Assembly (NCBI RefSeq): GCF_001194135.2
Contig: NC_068984.1
Location: forward strand, 90,247,659 to 90,307,735
Length of the DNA stretch: 60,077 bases
Direction of reading: 5' to 3'
DNA from: Octopus bimaculoides
Lineage: Eukaryota
The notes below the pieces were generated by a model. The model did not search any database. It had not been told where the DNA came from and saw only the letters and a program-made list of their open reading frames with translations. The position numbers were made by a program, and so were the translations under genes. This document shows, piece after piece, positions 1 to 12,181 of the stretch. Within the stretch, counting starts at the first letter, position 1. The number at the start of each line of letters is the position of its first letter.

Positions 1-70
1 ATGTATATACATATATATATATATATGTATATACATATATATATATATATGTATATATATATACATATAT

Positions 71-238
71 ACGACGGGCTTTTTTTCAGTTTCCGTCTAC
101 CAAATCCACTCACAAGGCTTTGGTCGGCCCGAGGCTATAGTAGAAGACACTTGCCCAGGGTGCCACGTAGTGGGACTGAACCTAGAACCATGTGGTTGGT
201 AAGCAAACTACTTACCACACAGCCACTCTTGCGCCTAT
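71..238 (-). mobile_element. tRNA-derived SINE, family A (5' portion)
   Basis: Minus strand begins GGCGCAAGAGTGGCTGTGTGG (A-box-like) and contains GGTTCAGTCCC (B-box-like) and a central CCCTGGGCAAGTGTCTT segment; alignable to 44533-44662 and 40268-40335. Confidence 0.85.
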
Positions 239-894
239 GTACAAATTTTGTAATTAAATTATTGATTATAAACTGAAACGGCGGTGAGAAGCAATTTGTT
301 AATAATAAATAATTATTAACTTCCTTATCTCCATTTTCTCTTCTTTTTTTTACTGGATATAAATTATATGCTTAATATATACCTATTGTTTTAAGGGAAT
401 TTCTTTCCCCAACAATACTAGTTATTGAACCAGTATTTCCATGGATGCAACTATTCTTTCACGAGGTAAACATGTCCTCCAGTTAAATCTTATATATATA
501 TATTGTATTTTTGATTGTTGAAATCACTAGTTGTGCAATGGAGGCCAGCATCTCAGTCGGCATATCCGTACATTCTGGTATGGCAAATGCAACTGAGAGG
601 TTTTTGTTCCTGGTGACCCCCACCATGTACATTCTGCACCAGTAGTTCTATTGTGAATGCCTAATGGTGTAACCTAGTCGAGATACAAATGTCGGACAAG
701 CAGAGATGATGGTAGCTGCAACATTTTTTAAAATTTCCATGAATCCTGCTGCTTGTTTTACGATGCTAGGCATCCGAAATTCGATGGTAATGATTGTTTA
801 ACAGTTTCTATGTTCCTATCTCTGCTTTTATGTTGATCTATTATGTTGAAAAAATTGTTTAGATATTTTTGTGTGTGTATGTGTATGTATGTCC

Positions 895-948
<54 letters not shown>

Positions 949-1133
949 NNNNNNNNNNNNNNNNNNNNNNNNNNNNNNNNNNNNNNNNNNNNNNNNNNNN
1001 NNNNNNNNNNNNNNNNNNNNNNNNNNNNNNNNNNNNNNNNNNNNNNNNNNNNNNNNNNNNNNNNNNNNNNNNNNNNNNNNNNNNNNNNNNNNNNNNNNNN
1101 NNNNNNNNNNNNNNNNNNNNNNNNNNNNNNNNN
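949..1133. other. Assembly gap (N-run). Other gaps: 8443-8573, 11572-11581, 12182-13159, 28589-28931, 36236-36791, 39819-39876, 40946-41426, 44224-44442, 53116-53146, 54318-54771
   Basis: N characters, nearly always flanked by (TA)n/(TG)n microsatellites, as expected for a short-read scaffold. Confidence 1.
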
Positions 1134-1234
1134 TATATATATATATATATACATACATATATATATATATACATACATATATATATATATGTGTGTGTGT
1201 GTGTATGTATGTATAACTATATATGTATGTGTGC

Positions 1235-1265
<31 letters not shown>

Positions 1266-3194
1266 TCTTTGTATGTGGCGTTGATATAAGCGAACATGTT
1301 TTCATGAAGTTTGGTTATTACATCTCAGTAGAATGGCAACCCTATTATTATAGCTTTTGTTGGCTTGTACTCTGGTGATGCAATAATTCAACTGGTATAT
1401 TGCAGCTATTGATATCATCAGTGCAAAATCATGCAATGTTAAATATTCAGATCCTAAGAGAGATCTTATATACTCCTGTCAATTATTTTCGCATTAGCGT
1501 CTATCACGACACTATTGTATTTTATTCCTGTATAGCTCATTTCCTATTTTGCTAGGTAACCATATATCTAACTGTAAACTATGAAGTTGTCTCCATTTCT
1601 GACAAATATATTTTTTTTATTAAAAATGTCTTGCACTTCTGTTTCTAGATAACGCGGCCCTCTTTTGCATAAAGCGTTACATATTCTAAATTACTTTGAA
1701 ATAGTCTGTCTGTTCTTTCACATAAATTATCTATCTCAAAATTGATCTGTATTGCGATGTGATCTCTTCTTATGGAATCCAGCAGTTGTTCCATATGAGA
1801 TAAGAATATAAAAATTCTAAATCGAAATATTTGTATCTCTTGATAACTGATATCGTTAGAATGAGGAAATAACAAAGATTACTGAGAGACACGGAAAATG
1901 AAAAACCAATGTCATCACTCATAAAACGAATTCCAAATAATTTATTTTGGATCGGTCAGTACTGTCCAGAATGAGCCATATTATCAATGATAAACTGGAG
2001 ATCCATGATATGTTGAAAATTTTCTGTTTTCACTTGTTATGTCCAGAGGAAAAACGTGTCAATGACCTTCGCAAGCCTTCCGACAGTGGTGAGATTTATG
2101 TCGTTAATGTTTTGCTTTAAGCAGGGTAGAGATTCTAGAGGAAGGACTGAATGCAGTGGCAAGTACCTGGCTTGAAAACTTGAATATAAAACTTGAAGTA
2201 GATCGAGAGTACATGAGTGTAAGTGGCACAAGACCTGCCAAAATCGAGGAACAGGGATCATTGTAGAAGTGGCAGAAAAGGCAGAGAAAACAGTCTGCCA
2301 GTGGGTCAGAGGTCAGAGTGTATCTGTGATAGCTTGTATGCCAATCGGTCGAATAGCTGTTGTCTAATTGTAACTCTGAATACGTAGGGAAAACATTGCA
2401 TTGTAAATTTAATTTGAGCTTTGCGGTGTCAGAAATTACCTACATCACCGACTCTTACGCTTTGGTCGACTCTTCAGTATCCGCTAACCCTCCCATCTCC
2501 ATCTTGCACTGATTATATGGACAAAGACCACGAAAACGTCGTCTAGTATGGTCATATCAATACAAAAAAAAAGCATACAAACAAGCAAGTTCCGTTCATA
2601 CAAGGAAAACACAATCTCACCTCATTCCCTTAAGGCTGAGTAGCACGCAACTAGAACCCTTGATAGCACTCCAAATTGTAGGTCTTTCTATCACAGAGAA
2701 TTTCCTCTGGCGAAAACATATCCTCAACTGTATCCCAAGACTAACCCTTCTCTTCAGGACAAGAAAATAATTCTGCGCACAATTGTGTGTGTGTGTATGT
2801 GTGTGTGTGCGTGTGTGTGCATGCGTGTGCCTGTGTGTGTGTGAGAGAGAGAGAGAACGTGCAAGTGTGATTATGACACATCTGTTCACAAATTAAGCGG
2901 TTAAAATGTTGAGCCTTTTTTCTCATCGTATAGTGTGTTGTATTACTTAGAAACGAAAATGAAGAAGTCGAAAGAATACATCTCAAACTCACGGACACAC
3001 TCTCACACTGGTATTATGACCATCTAGCTTCTCACAAAAGATTCGAATCAGTACATCATTAACCATCTAGCAGATTTCTATACACTGATCACAATAAATT
3101 ATTTCGGGTAGCTGCCAATTCTATGACACCCATTCACTTCACTATGATACGAATTATTGTGAATAAGCACAAACACACACATACACACATATAT

Positions 3195-3259
<65 letters not shown>

Positions 3260-3741
3260 AACACATACACAAGTTCACGTGTGTACGCATGTACGAATAT
3301 TCTGCAGTTACTGTGCTGAGATTTGTATTATGTTAATAGTTAATCTGTCATATTCAAGTAAGAGCCACGCACAATCGTCTACTACAACAATGCGATGTCC
3401 AATTAAGAAATGCTAACATGAAGAAGTTGCCATAGTATATAAGAATCCAACCTTTATTAGAATATATATGTCATCATTAGAATATATTCTTCTGAATGAA
3501 TTCCTTTTCTCTGATGAATAAATTTATGAACTCAGCTTTTGCAGGATTGAATAATTAAGCCTAACCTAAGAGGCTTAAAATACGAATTTTAAAATTTATC
3601 CTTGATAAGGACACCCACATATTTTTCTATGCATCCAAAGAGAATTCTTTCTCGTATTGACACGAGATTATTTTCAATGACAGTTTATATATGAATTAAA
3701 TTAACCTTGTGTGAAACTTATCTTTGTTTTATCGAACGCAG

Positions 3742-3785
3742 GAGAAAGGCGGAGGCAATTTGAACTTCGAATTCATTGCGTATAA
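3742..3785 (+). other. Candidate micro-exon (44 nt)
   Basis: ttttatcgaacgcAG acceptor and GTAAGT donor at 3786; open in one frame (EKGGGNLNFEFIAY). Splice signals only, no homology recognised. Confidence 0.25.
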
Positions 3786-3899
3786 GTAAGTATTTGTCGG
3801 GTTGTTACAACCTAATATGATTTCTACTATTAGTGAAAAAGCATTAGTTTGTTGAATGGAGATATATCTTATTTACTCATTTACTTATTTACTGTTTAG

Positions 3900-3962
3900 G
3901 GTGTGTAAAGAACTTGTTTTTAAAATATACAGAACCACTTCAACTCGGACAGTGCAGAAAAG
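3900..3962 (+). other. Candidate micro-exon (63 nt; alternative acceptor gives 3933-3962)
   Basis: Long T-rich tract ending tttAG and AG|GTAAGG donor at 3963. Confidence 0.3.
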
Positions 3963-5062
3963 GTAAGGTTTTCTTCTGTATGTTACTACATTAGTATTGA
4001 TCAGTTCTTTGATAGGTTATGGATAAACATGAACACAAATAACTTTAATAAGTTTTTCGTTGAGTTTCGAATTGAAATCTAAAATTTGTTGTAGTTGCTG
4101 GAGAACGATAATTTTTTTAATTATTTTTACCTGAATATCACTTGGAATTGGAATGATTGTTTCTGTTATTCAATCTAAACACTAAGTAAATATAAATAGT
4201 ATTAAATATTCCATTCCTCAAAAGAATAGACACAGATTTGTTTCATTACTTTCAGTCAGTGATATTACCGTCAAGAAGAAATGCTTTAGTCCAAAGATTT
4301 CATTTATTGAGAAATAAAACAGAAATGGATATGTGATAAACGGGCTGCATGTTTAGTATAGCAACACTTTCTTGAATAGCGAGAAATAAAATGACAAATT
4401 TTAAAAGACAGTGAAGAATAATCCAAAACTAATTATTAAAAAAGATACATAAAAAAAATCATTAATAAGACTTAATGCTTGAAATCAGATATATTCTATT
4501 TGATATGTGTAATAAGATTCATGAAGGGTCATATTATTATAACAATAATATATCAATATATTATTGACACAACGTATTATTAATATAGCGCAGATTAAGA
4601 ATGTAGAATGACCTACGATAACGCATGAGGTGTATTCGCTAAAACGACTGACATTAATTCCTAAATATCTAAAATTAGATTATATTCTTAGAGTTACTTG
4701 TTACTTGATAATATTCTCAGGAGTGTGCATTTTAGCATCGAGATATGGTTGATTTTCAATAATCATTTATATTTCCTGAATTTGAAGTCGGATGCTTATT
4801 GCTTGATAAGTTTCAAAGAAAACTTTAAAGATCATTTCCGTTAATTAGCAGAATCTTGGTTAGGTGAACAAAAACGAATCTCCCTGAGAACAGCATTTCA
4901 ATAGATTTGCTATATATTCTCCGATAAGTAGCATTACATTATTGGTAGAGTATTCCAACTTTGAGTCATCTAAAATGTTATCCGTAGTATTTGGTGCCTC
5001 AAAGTAAAGTTTTAGTTAAATTCACATGTGAATCAGATTATGATTGCATTTTATTCATTTAG

Positions 5063-5112
5063 TTCATGGAAATGAGGTTAAAAGTTCACTTTTCGACTGC
5101 ATGATATCATGG
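5063..5112 (+). other. Candidate micro-exon (50 nt)
   Basis: gcattttattcatttAG acceptor and GG|GTGAGT donor at 5113. Confidence 0.3.
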
Positions 5113-5795
5113 GTGAGTAATCTCCTACTATATACTCAGTTTGACCAGTTTTGTGTGCGAAATTGGATACACGAAAACAGTGTGAGGATCCTGTTAGAGG
5201 GTGTGTTCTTTGCAGGAAGTTTATCATCGTCACCAGCCCCCTTGTTGCCTTTAGCAGAGTCCATTTCGTTGCTAGTATCCTTGCCACATCTCCTGTCAGA
5301 GAAAAACTTTCTCTCCCCCCCTCCCCATCCATCTCGGATACCCTGAAAGGGATGATGGATTCGGCACTTACTCTTCGGATTAAAACACTAAAATAAATAA
5401 AATTACAAAAGAGCAAGCCTATGTCCGAAAAATGTTGCTTCCACTGCTTCTTCTAATGCTCTGTTCATTGATTAAAACATTTTCTGTAATATATTAAATA
5501 TTAATAGACAACAGCATTAGAGCTGTGCTTTACATTTTATTCTAATGCCGTATAAATTCGTGTTGCACTGCTTGGTATTATGAAATATAAGCTGCTCAGT
5601 TACGTCTCAAATACGTGAAATATTCAAGTATTGCAATTATCTCTTTTATTCGATCATTTCATAACCGTTTCAAAATATTTCTAGTTCATTGTTAAAGTAA
5701 AAACAATGCACACTTAAGAAGATCTGCTTTAAAGGTATTCCAGTCGTGACTATACTGAGGACTTCAAGGTTGCTACTCAGTAGCGCACGCGCACG

Positions 5796-5839
<44 letters not shown>

Positions 5840-6372
5840 AACACGCACAAACATGTATTTCAACATGCGAGTCCTCTATTATTCAGAAGATTTATAAGTG
5901 TATCAGCGATTGCTGAAAGTATTAGGTATTCATCTCTAGGTATTCTTCAAACAGCACCAACTGCAAATATTCTTGCATAAAGAGTTATATAGCCAGTTTT
6001 TGCGATGCGTCTCGTGATCATCAGTAGCGCGCATTTTATAGTTTTTCAGTTGTTTCTATATATGTTTATTGGCTAAGAAATTTTATTAATCGATTATCTA
6101 CTCTTGTTCTGCTACGACTTTAAGTGACGATATTCTACATGTTGAAAAGGAAATAATTTTAACATTTGCAGTAATATATCTTTGGTAGAAACCAATGAAA
6201 TATAGTCGTTCATAATTATTCAAGATTTTATATTAGTTTTTTCTTCTCTGCAACTTTATCAAGAAATTTGCAATCAAGTTTTAGTTCGTGTGCGTTAGAT
6301 ATTTAGTTATATGGTTTTGTTGATAAGTGTAATCTTCCTTAGTTTTAATTAAGCATCCAATTCTCCACTTAC

Positions 6373-6504
6373 CAAATCATATAGCATAAGATTTCTAAAT
6401 GTCTTTAAAGACTTCATTGAAGCGTGAATGTCCGCTGCTAACACTTTTAACATGGATTCTAATTTCATAACAATTGCCTTCAGAACTTTTCTTTCACTTC
6501 GAGT
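6373..6504 (-). other. Candidate exon (possibly first exon) of a minus-strand transcript
   Basis: Stop-free non-repetitive frame TRSERKVLKAIVMKLESMLKVLAADIHASMKSLKTFRNLMLYDL ending at a TTG|GTAAGT donor (plus-strand ACTTAC 6367-6372); the acceptor is weak (GAG). Confidence 0.3.
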
Positions 6505-6663
6505 CTCGAGAAATAATTGGATTATCGAAATGGTTCTTATTTCTCCCACCACCCACCCATACACACACATTTTTTTAGAAACAAGAAACGGGAAAAGACT
6601 TCTTTATTATATGTAGAAAGAAATACAAATAAAATATATTTATAATGCATCACATGATGAAGT

Positions 6664-6671
6664 CCGGAAGT
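6664..6671. promoter_or_regulatory. ETS-family motif CCGGAAGT
   Basis: Exact match to the ETS/GABP consensus about 160 bp upstream of the candidate minus-strand exon; a single 8-mer can be chance. Confidence 0.2.
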
Positions 6672-7202
6672 CAACAACGGGATTCAAGATAAAGTTGAAT
6701 AAACAAAAGAATTGATATCAGAAATATCAAGGTATCTGTAAACAAAATAGTCTGTTCACTTCTGCCTCCAGAAATTCTCCTGATAAAGATATAGTAACAG
6801 AGACATATGTCGATTGACAGAGAGATGGGTCAGTTTCAGGACAGAATGTGGAGTGATAAAATAATAAAATGCGTTTGATAAAACAATATATAAACGGTGT
6901 TAAAAATATCCAGAAGCAAATCTGGAAAGGGATAACACCACAACCTAAGCACTTCGATTAACCTGCAGCAAGTTAACTCTAGTTTTAATAGAATAGCAAA
7001 CTTCAACTGAAAGAGGACTACGAATAATTAATTATAACACGCTATGGTTAGGTGGAGAACGAACATTGATAAACCTACAAACGTAATGAATATTTTAAGA
7101 TATCCCCAATAAAATCTCCATCGATGAAAAAGATACCTCGAGTAGGTTTTATTCAATCTATTCCTCACTTTCTCTTATTCTCTTTCTCTCTCCTTCTCTC
7201 TT

Positions 7203-7236
<34 letters not shown>

Positions 7237-7367
7237 TCTCTCTTCCTCTTTCTGAGCTGGCCTATGTCTATGCAAGAATCACAAAAGCAAGCTTTTACAT
7301 GACCAATATCTCCGTGAACTTGATGTCCCATCTCCTAATATGATAATGAGTGTAGTGTTTTTACATA

Positions 7368-7418
<51 letters not shown>

Positions 7419-8407
7419 CCAAAATCACTAAGTAGAAGTAGAATGGAGTAGGAGAAAGAGTAGTATAAGTGAAGAGAGAGGAGAGAAAATAGTAATTCAG
7501 TGAAGGAGAGTGAGAGAACGTAGTATCGATGGAGAAAATATAAATAAGGAAGGGGTGAAAAAAAATCAGCATTTCAACTCTAAGTACCTGTGTGTACAAC
7601 GGAAGAATGTGAATGTTTGTATATGTGATTATTATGTACCTTATTTTGTTCTTTATTTATATATAAAATATTACAATTAGCCGTCATTTTTGACGGCACA
7701 GTTTCAGCTAGCTTACAAATAAAATGCTGAACTGCACTGGACGACAAAAGAAGCAATATTCACGATAGAGCCTCGTACCATCACCATAGTTATATCGAAA
7801 GGAATATCACTACCCAAGAATATGAAAAACAAATGTCACTTGAGTAGTGTGGATTTTTAAACAGCATTGTATCAGCATATCCAATATACTTGGAGACGAC
7901 AAAAATAGCATAACAATGCTAGGATTGCTATCATTTTCCGTGGCAGAATTTAATTGTCAACAATATTATCAGAATTTTAAAATATTGTTAAGTATCTGGC
8001 ATAGCATTTATCCACATGTTTTGCTAACGATGAACTGATTCATAGCCTTCGACATATTATTAACGCTGAATATGTTTAAATAACTGAACATTTTTAGGTA
8101 AGTTTTCCCAGATGAACCCAATTATTGTTTTAAGAAAGGAAATTAATCAAGTGTTTTTAAAGATAGGAAACTACGGAAGTATTTCCCAAAACAATGAATA
8201 ATATTAATAACGTTCTATAACTGAAAGGAAGTGCCTCCCAATCGAAAAAGTAGTTCCAACAAATTATATCCATATTTATATATAATGATATATAATTACA
8301 CATAACTAGAATGTGAGAATGAAAGCAGGAATAATTTTTCTAATAATAGATGCTATAGAAATTATTTTTAAAAAAACGCAAGCCGATTATTTACCAAACC
8401 CTGAGGT

Positions 8408-8442
<35 letters not shown>

Positions 8443-8573
8443 NNNNNNNNNNNNNNNNNNNNNNNNNNNNNNNNNNNNNNNNNNNNNNNNNNNNNNNNNN
8501 NNNNNNNNNNNNNNNNNNNNNNNNNNNNNNNNNNNNNNNNNNNNNNNNNNNNNNNNNNNNNNNNNNNNNNNNN

Positions 8574-8759
8574 CAACGAAACAGCCTGCTCGTAAAATTA
8601 ATGTCAAGTGGCTGAGCATTCCACAGACACGTGTTCCCTTAACGTAGTTCTCAGGGAGATTCAGCGTGACACAGAGTGCAACAAGGCTGGCCTTTCGAAA
8701 TACAGGTACAACAGAAACAAGAAGAAAGAGTGAGAGAAAGTTATGGTGAAAGAGTACAG

Positions 8760-8794
<35 letters not shown>

Positions 8795-8931
8795 CACACA
8801 CTTGACAGAGCCTCGTGGAGCTTTAGGTGCTTTCGCTCAATAAAGACTCACTACAACGGGTCTGGGAATCAAAACCGCGATCCTACGACCGCGCGTCTGC
8901 TGCCCTAACCACTGGGCCATTGAGCCTTCAC
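8574..8931 (-). mobile_element. tRNA-derived SINE, family C, with internal (CA)n
   Basis: Minus strand starts GAAGGCTCAATGGCCCAGTGGTTAGGGCAGC...GGTTTTGATTCCC (tRNA-like A/B boxes); body continues to the gap edge. Confidence 0.7.
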
Positions 8932-9041
<110 letters not shown>

Positions 9042-10854
9042 CATACATACACAAATACAAACACACACACACACACACACATACACACACACACACACAG
9101 CAGAGAAAAATTATGGTACTAGACACTGCACAATACATTTTAGGTAGAGTGCATTTAGCGAAAGTACGTAATGATAAGCTCACTGAAATGATGATGATGA
9201 TGATGACGATGATGATGATTTCATTTACCATCAGGGCTACAGATGTAGGAAGACAATACGAAGATATAAATAATACCGAACGAGAAATTACGGGAGATGG
9301 ATAGTGATAATGGATATAATCAATGAAAATGTTGAAAACTGAATACCATCACAATGTTTGCGGTGATGTAGTGAGTGAGAAGCCAGAGGAGATTAGAAGT
9401 AAGGGGGAGAGAGACTTCAAAGTTCTCCAGCTTTCGACATAACAACAGTAATTTTGCTGTTATTGCAACAAGATTTAACCTCACTGCCACGACAATATCA
9501 TCGCTGCATTAAGACGAAAGATGTATTCCAACACTTGTAGAAACTGCATTAGTATCAACAATAGAAACAACAACAGATGCAATGAAAACACTAATAGAGT
9601 AATAACAGCGACAACTAGAGTAGCATAAATAATGAAAACAACAGTAATATCTTCTGCATACACAACCAATGAATGGACACTCCACACGCTCAAACGAAAT
9701 TATAGAGAAGATTACATATACAAGAGTGTTATTATGTTGGTTGATGACTCTTCCAGTCAAGACGGTGATCCGCTTACAAAACTAAACCATTCTATACAAA
9801 TGCTAAAACCCAGATTTGGAGTATCTGACAATGCGTATTGAAAAGTTCCTGAAGGAGGAGTTATAACGTGCAGTTGGATATATATCAAAAGGGAGACAAC
9901 ACAGAACACTGGCAGGTCTTCGTACCAGTAAGTATGAAATTTCGATGTACGTCCCAGTATTTCATAATAATCCTACTGCGTATTGGACGTCAATTGACAA
10001 AAACCCGAGTCATCAATATGCCGCTACTCAAAGACTAAGCTAGAGTAAAAGCAATGGTAGAACACAAAGAATTCATAGTGCTAAAGTTCATCACCATCAT
10101 CACCTCCAAACCAAGCAGGAAATGTCACTGGAGTTCCAGATATTAATCACCGCGTGAGACGATCTAAGTATCTCTAAATATTTTTGTTTCAGAAAAGTGT
10201 GAATAGATGTGAGCAGTCATCGGGAATAGGAAGCGCAAACGATACATTTATGGTTTTACGATAAAACATTCTACTTCAGATATTTCTAATTCACATGGAA
10301 AACACAAGAACTGATTGATGTTGGACTGCTGCAATCATAATAATAGTATCAATGGCAATAGTTGCTGTGGCAACAACAGCAACAAAGCAACATCAACCAC
10401 ACACGCTGTAGTTAAACACAGAAAAGATATTATGAAGAAAGTTTGCTATCAACACGGAGAATATGTCGTTAAACATTATCGTGATTTAGTTTCTGAAAAC
10501 TAGACAAATTAATTCGATGGAAGCGGTTTAGTATCGAGAATCAAACTTATCGAAAGTTTCCGTTTCATTTTGATTGATCATAGAGACGCATCCATGTCTG
10601 ACCAAGTGACTTACCTTGGACAATGTAATTGGAACACCTCAATACCTGTAATTGACGATTTCTCTCGTGTTTCTTAACTAATTCACTAATTCGATTCCTA
10701 TAGGTTTTGAGTACCACTCGTTCTGTTAAACGTGTGGATATTCGATATTAATTAATATATTTGTTAACCTTCAACACTTCTATGTATTTTCTGAATATAT
10801 TCTTAACTATTGTTCCAAGGAAAGAAACTCTTGGTGCATTTATCAAATCATGAA

Positions 10855-10963
10855 TGAGGAGGAGGAGGAGGAGGAGGAGAAGAAGAAGAAGAAGAAGAAG
10901 AAGAAGAAGAAGAAGAAGAAGAAGAAGAAGAAGAAGAACAACAACAACAACAACAACAACAGC

Positions 10964-10994
<31 letters not shown>

Positions 10995-11030
10995 GCAACA
11001 ATAACAACAACAGCAGCAACAACAATAAGA
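10855..11030 (+). repeat. Compound trinucleotide microsatellite (GAG)n-(GAA)n-(CAA/CAG)n
   Basis: Read directly; source of the poly-E/K/N and poly-L/F ORFs in the track. Confidence 0.95.
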
Positions 11031-11618
11031 CAAATATAAACCATATCATTCAACAACGAATTTATAGAGGAATATGCATACTGAAACTACATAATATACA
11101 GAGGTTGCATAAAACAATAACCACTCCAACAATTTCTAGCTGCACAGTCTTAACCAAAAACGAACACATCTACAAGTATGTAAGACTTAAGAATATATAT
11201 TCGAAGTTGTAGCTGCATTATGAAATGCCAAACGAACAGAGATACTATAGAAATACCTGTGTATTTCTATAGTTTCCGATGAAATTTTTTTTTTTTTCGT
11301 GAGTCTTTAAATAAACTTGCTTATGCCAGAAATACAAATATATCATTATTCTAAACATTCCTATTTTCATTCATAGACTTTCTCAGATTTTGTATGTCTT
11401 TCGCGCAAGAGCTTTTGTTCGTTGAGGGGACATATCTGATTGACATTTTGTATTGACTGTCAGCTAGCAAAGAAGTTATTTTCAGAATGTTTTTTCCATA
11501 AAAGGGATAAATGAAATCCGTCGTGTCTTTGCCTACTGCGGAAAAAAACACATAAACAATTATCCAATGTTNNNNNNNNNNAATAGAATTTAAAATTATT
11601 TTTAAAACCCTTTCTAAC

Positions 11619-12181
11619 ATGAAAGTATCCAAAGAGCATTTAAGGCACATAATGCTTTATGAGTAAAAAAGGAAACTATGCAGCCGAAGTGATTCGAAAC
11701 ATACACTCAGTCTACAGGAAAGAATGCTTGAATCAAAGAACTTGCAGAAAATGGTTTGCAAAGTTCAGAAGTGGAGATTTCAGCCTTGAAGATGATGATC
11801 GAACAGGACATCCAGTTGAGTTTGATGATAAGCTCCTTGAAACATTACTTGAAGAAAATCCTGCATTATCGGTTGAAGAATTGGCAATAAAGCTTAGTTC
11901 AAACCATACAACTATTCATCGTTATCTTCAACAATTTGAAAAGGTTCCTAAACTTGGAAAATGGGTGCCTCATGAATTGTCCGAAATCAACCGCAAATCC
12001 CGAGTTGACATCTACTCTTCTCTCCATTCTCGCGAACTCATTTCACCCTTTTTTGACAGACTTGTGACTGGTGACGAAAAATGGATCTTCTATCTCAATG
12101 CTAAACGTCGTAAACAGTGGCTTGGTAAAAGGGGAAAAGCTCAACCACAACCGAGAAGGGAACTTCATGTAAAAAGGTTCT
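11619..12181 (+). mobile_element. Mariner (Mos1-like) transposase, N-terminal half, frameshifted near 11663 and running into a gap
   Basis: MKVSKEHLRHIMLYE N-terminus, HTH region (RKWFAKFRSGDFSLED), WVPHEL linker and VTGDEKW first catalytic Asp motif. Confidence 0.92.

Noticed and set aside
71-238. tRNA genes at SINE heads (also 8860-8931, 44533, 51693)
   Set aside because: A/B boxes are present but there is no complete cloverleaf, and they continue into repeat bodies.
2047-2088. Possible 42-nt plus-strand exon before 2125
   Set aside because: It would need a 36-nt intron and is not phase-compatible with the next candidate.
3505-3550. CTGATGA-ATAAATTTAT-GAAC as a hammerhead
   Set aside because: GAAA is absent and stems I and III are unconvincing in AT-rich sequence.
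5990-6035. CTGATGA on the minus strand as a hammerhead
   Set aside because: No proper stem II-GAAA-stem III or matching stem I.
11351-11570. GKDTTDFIYPFYGK resembling a GCDT..FYG nuclease motif
   Set aside because: Short, gap-interrupted and without supporting motifs.
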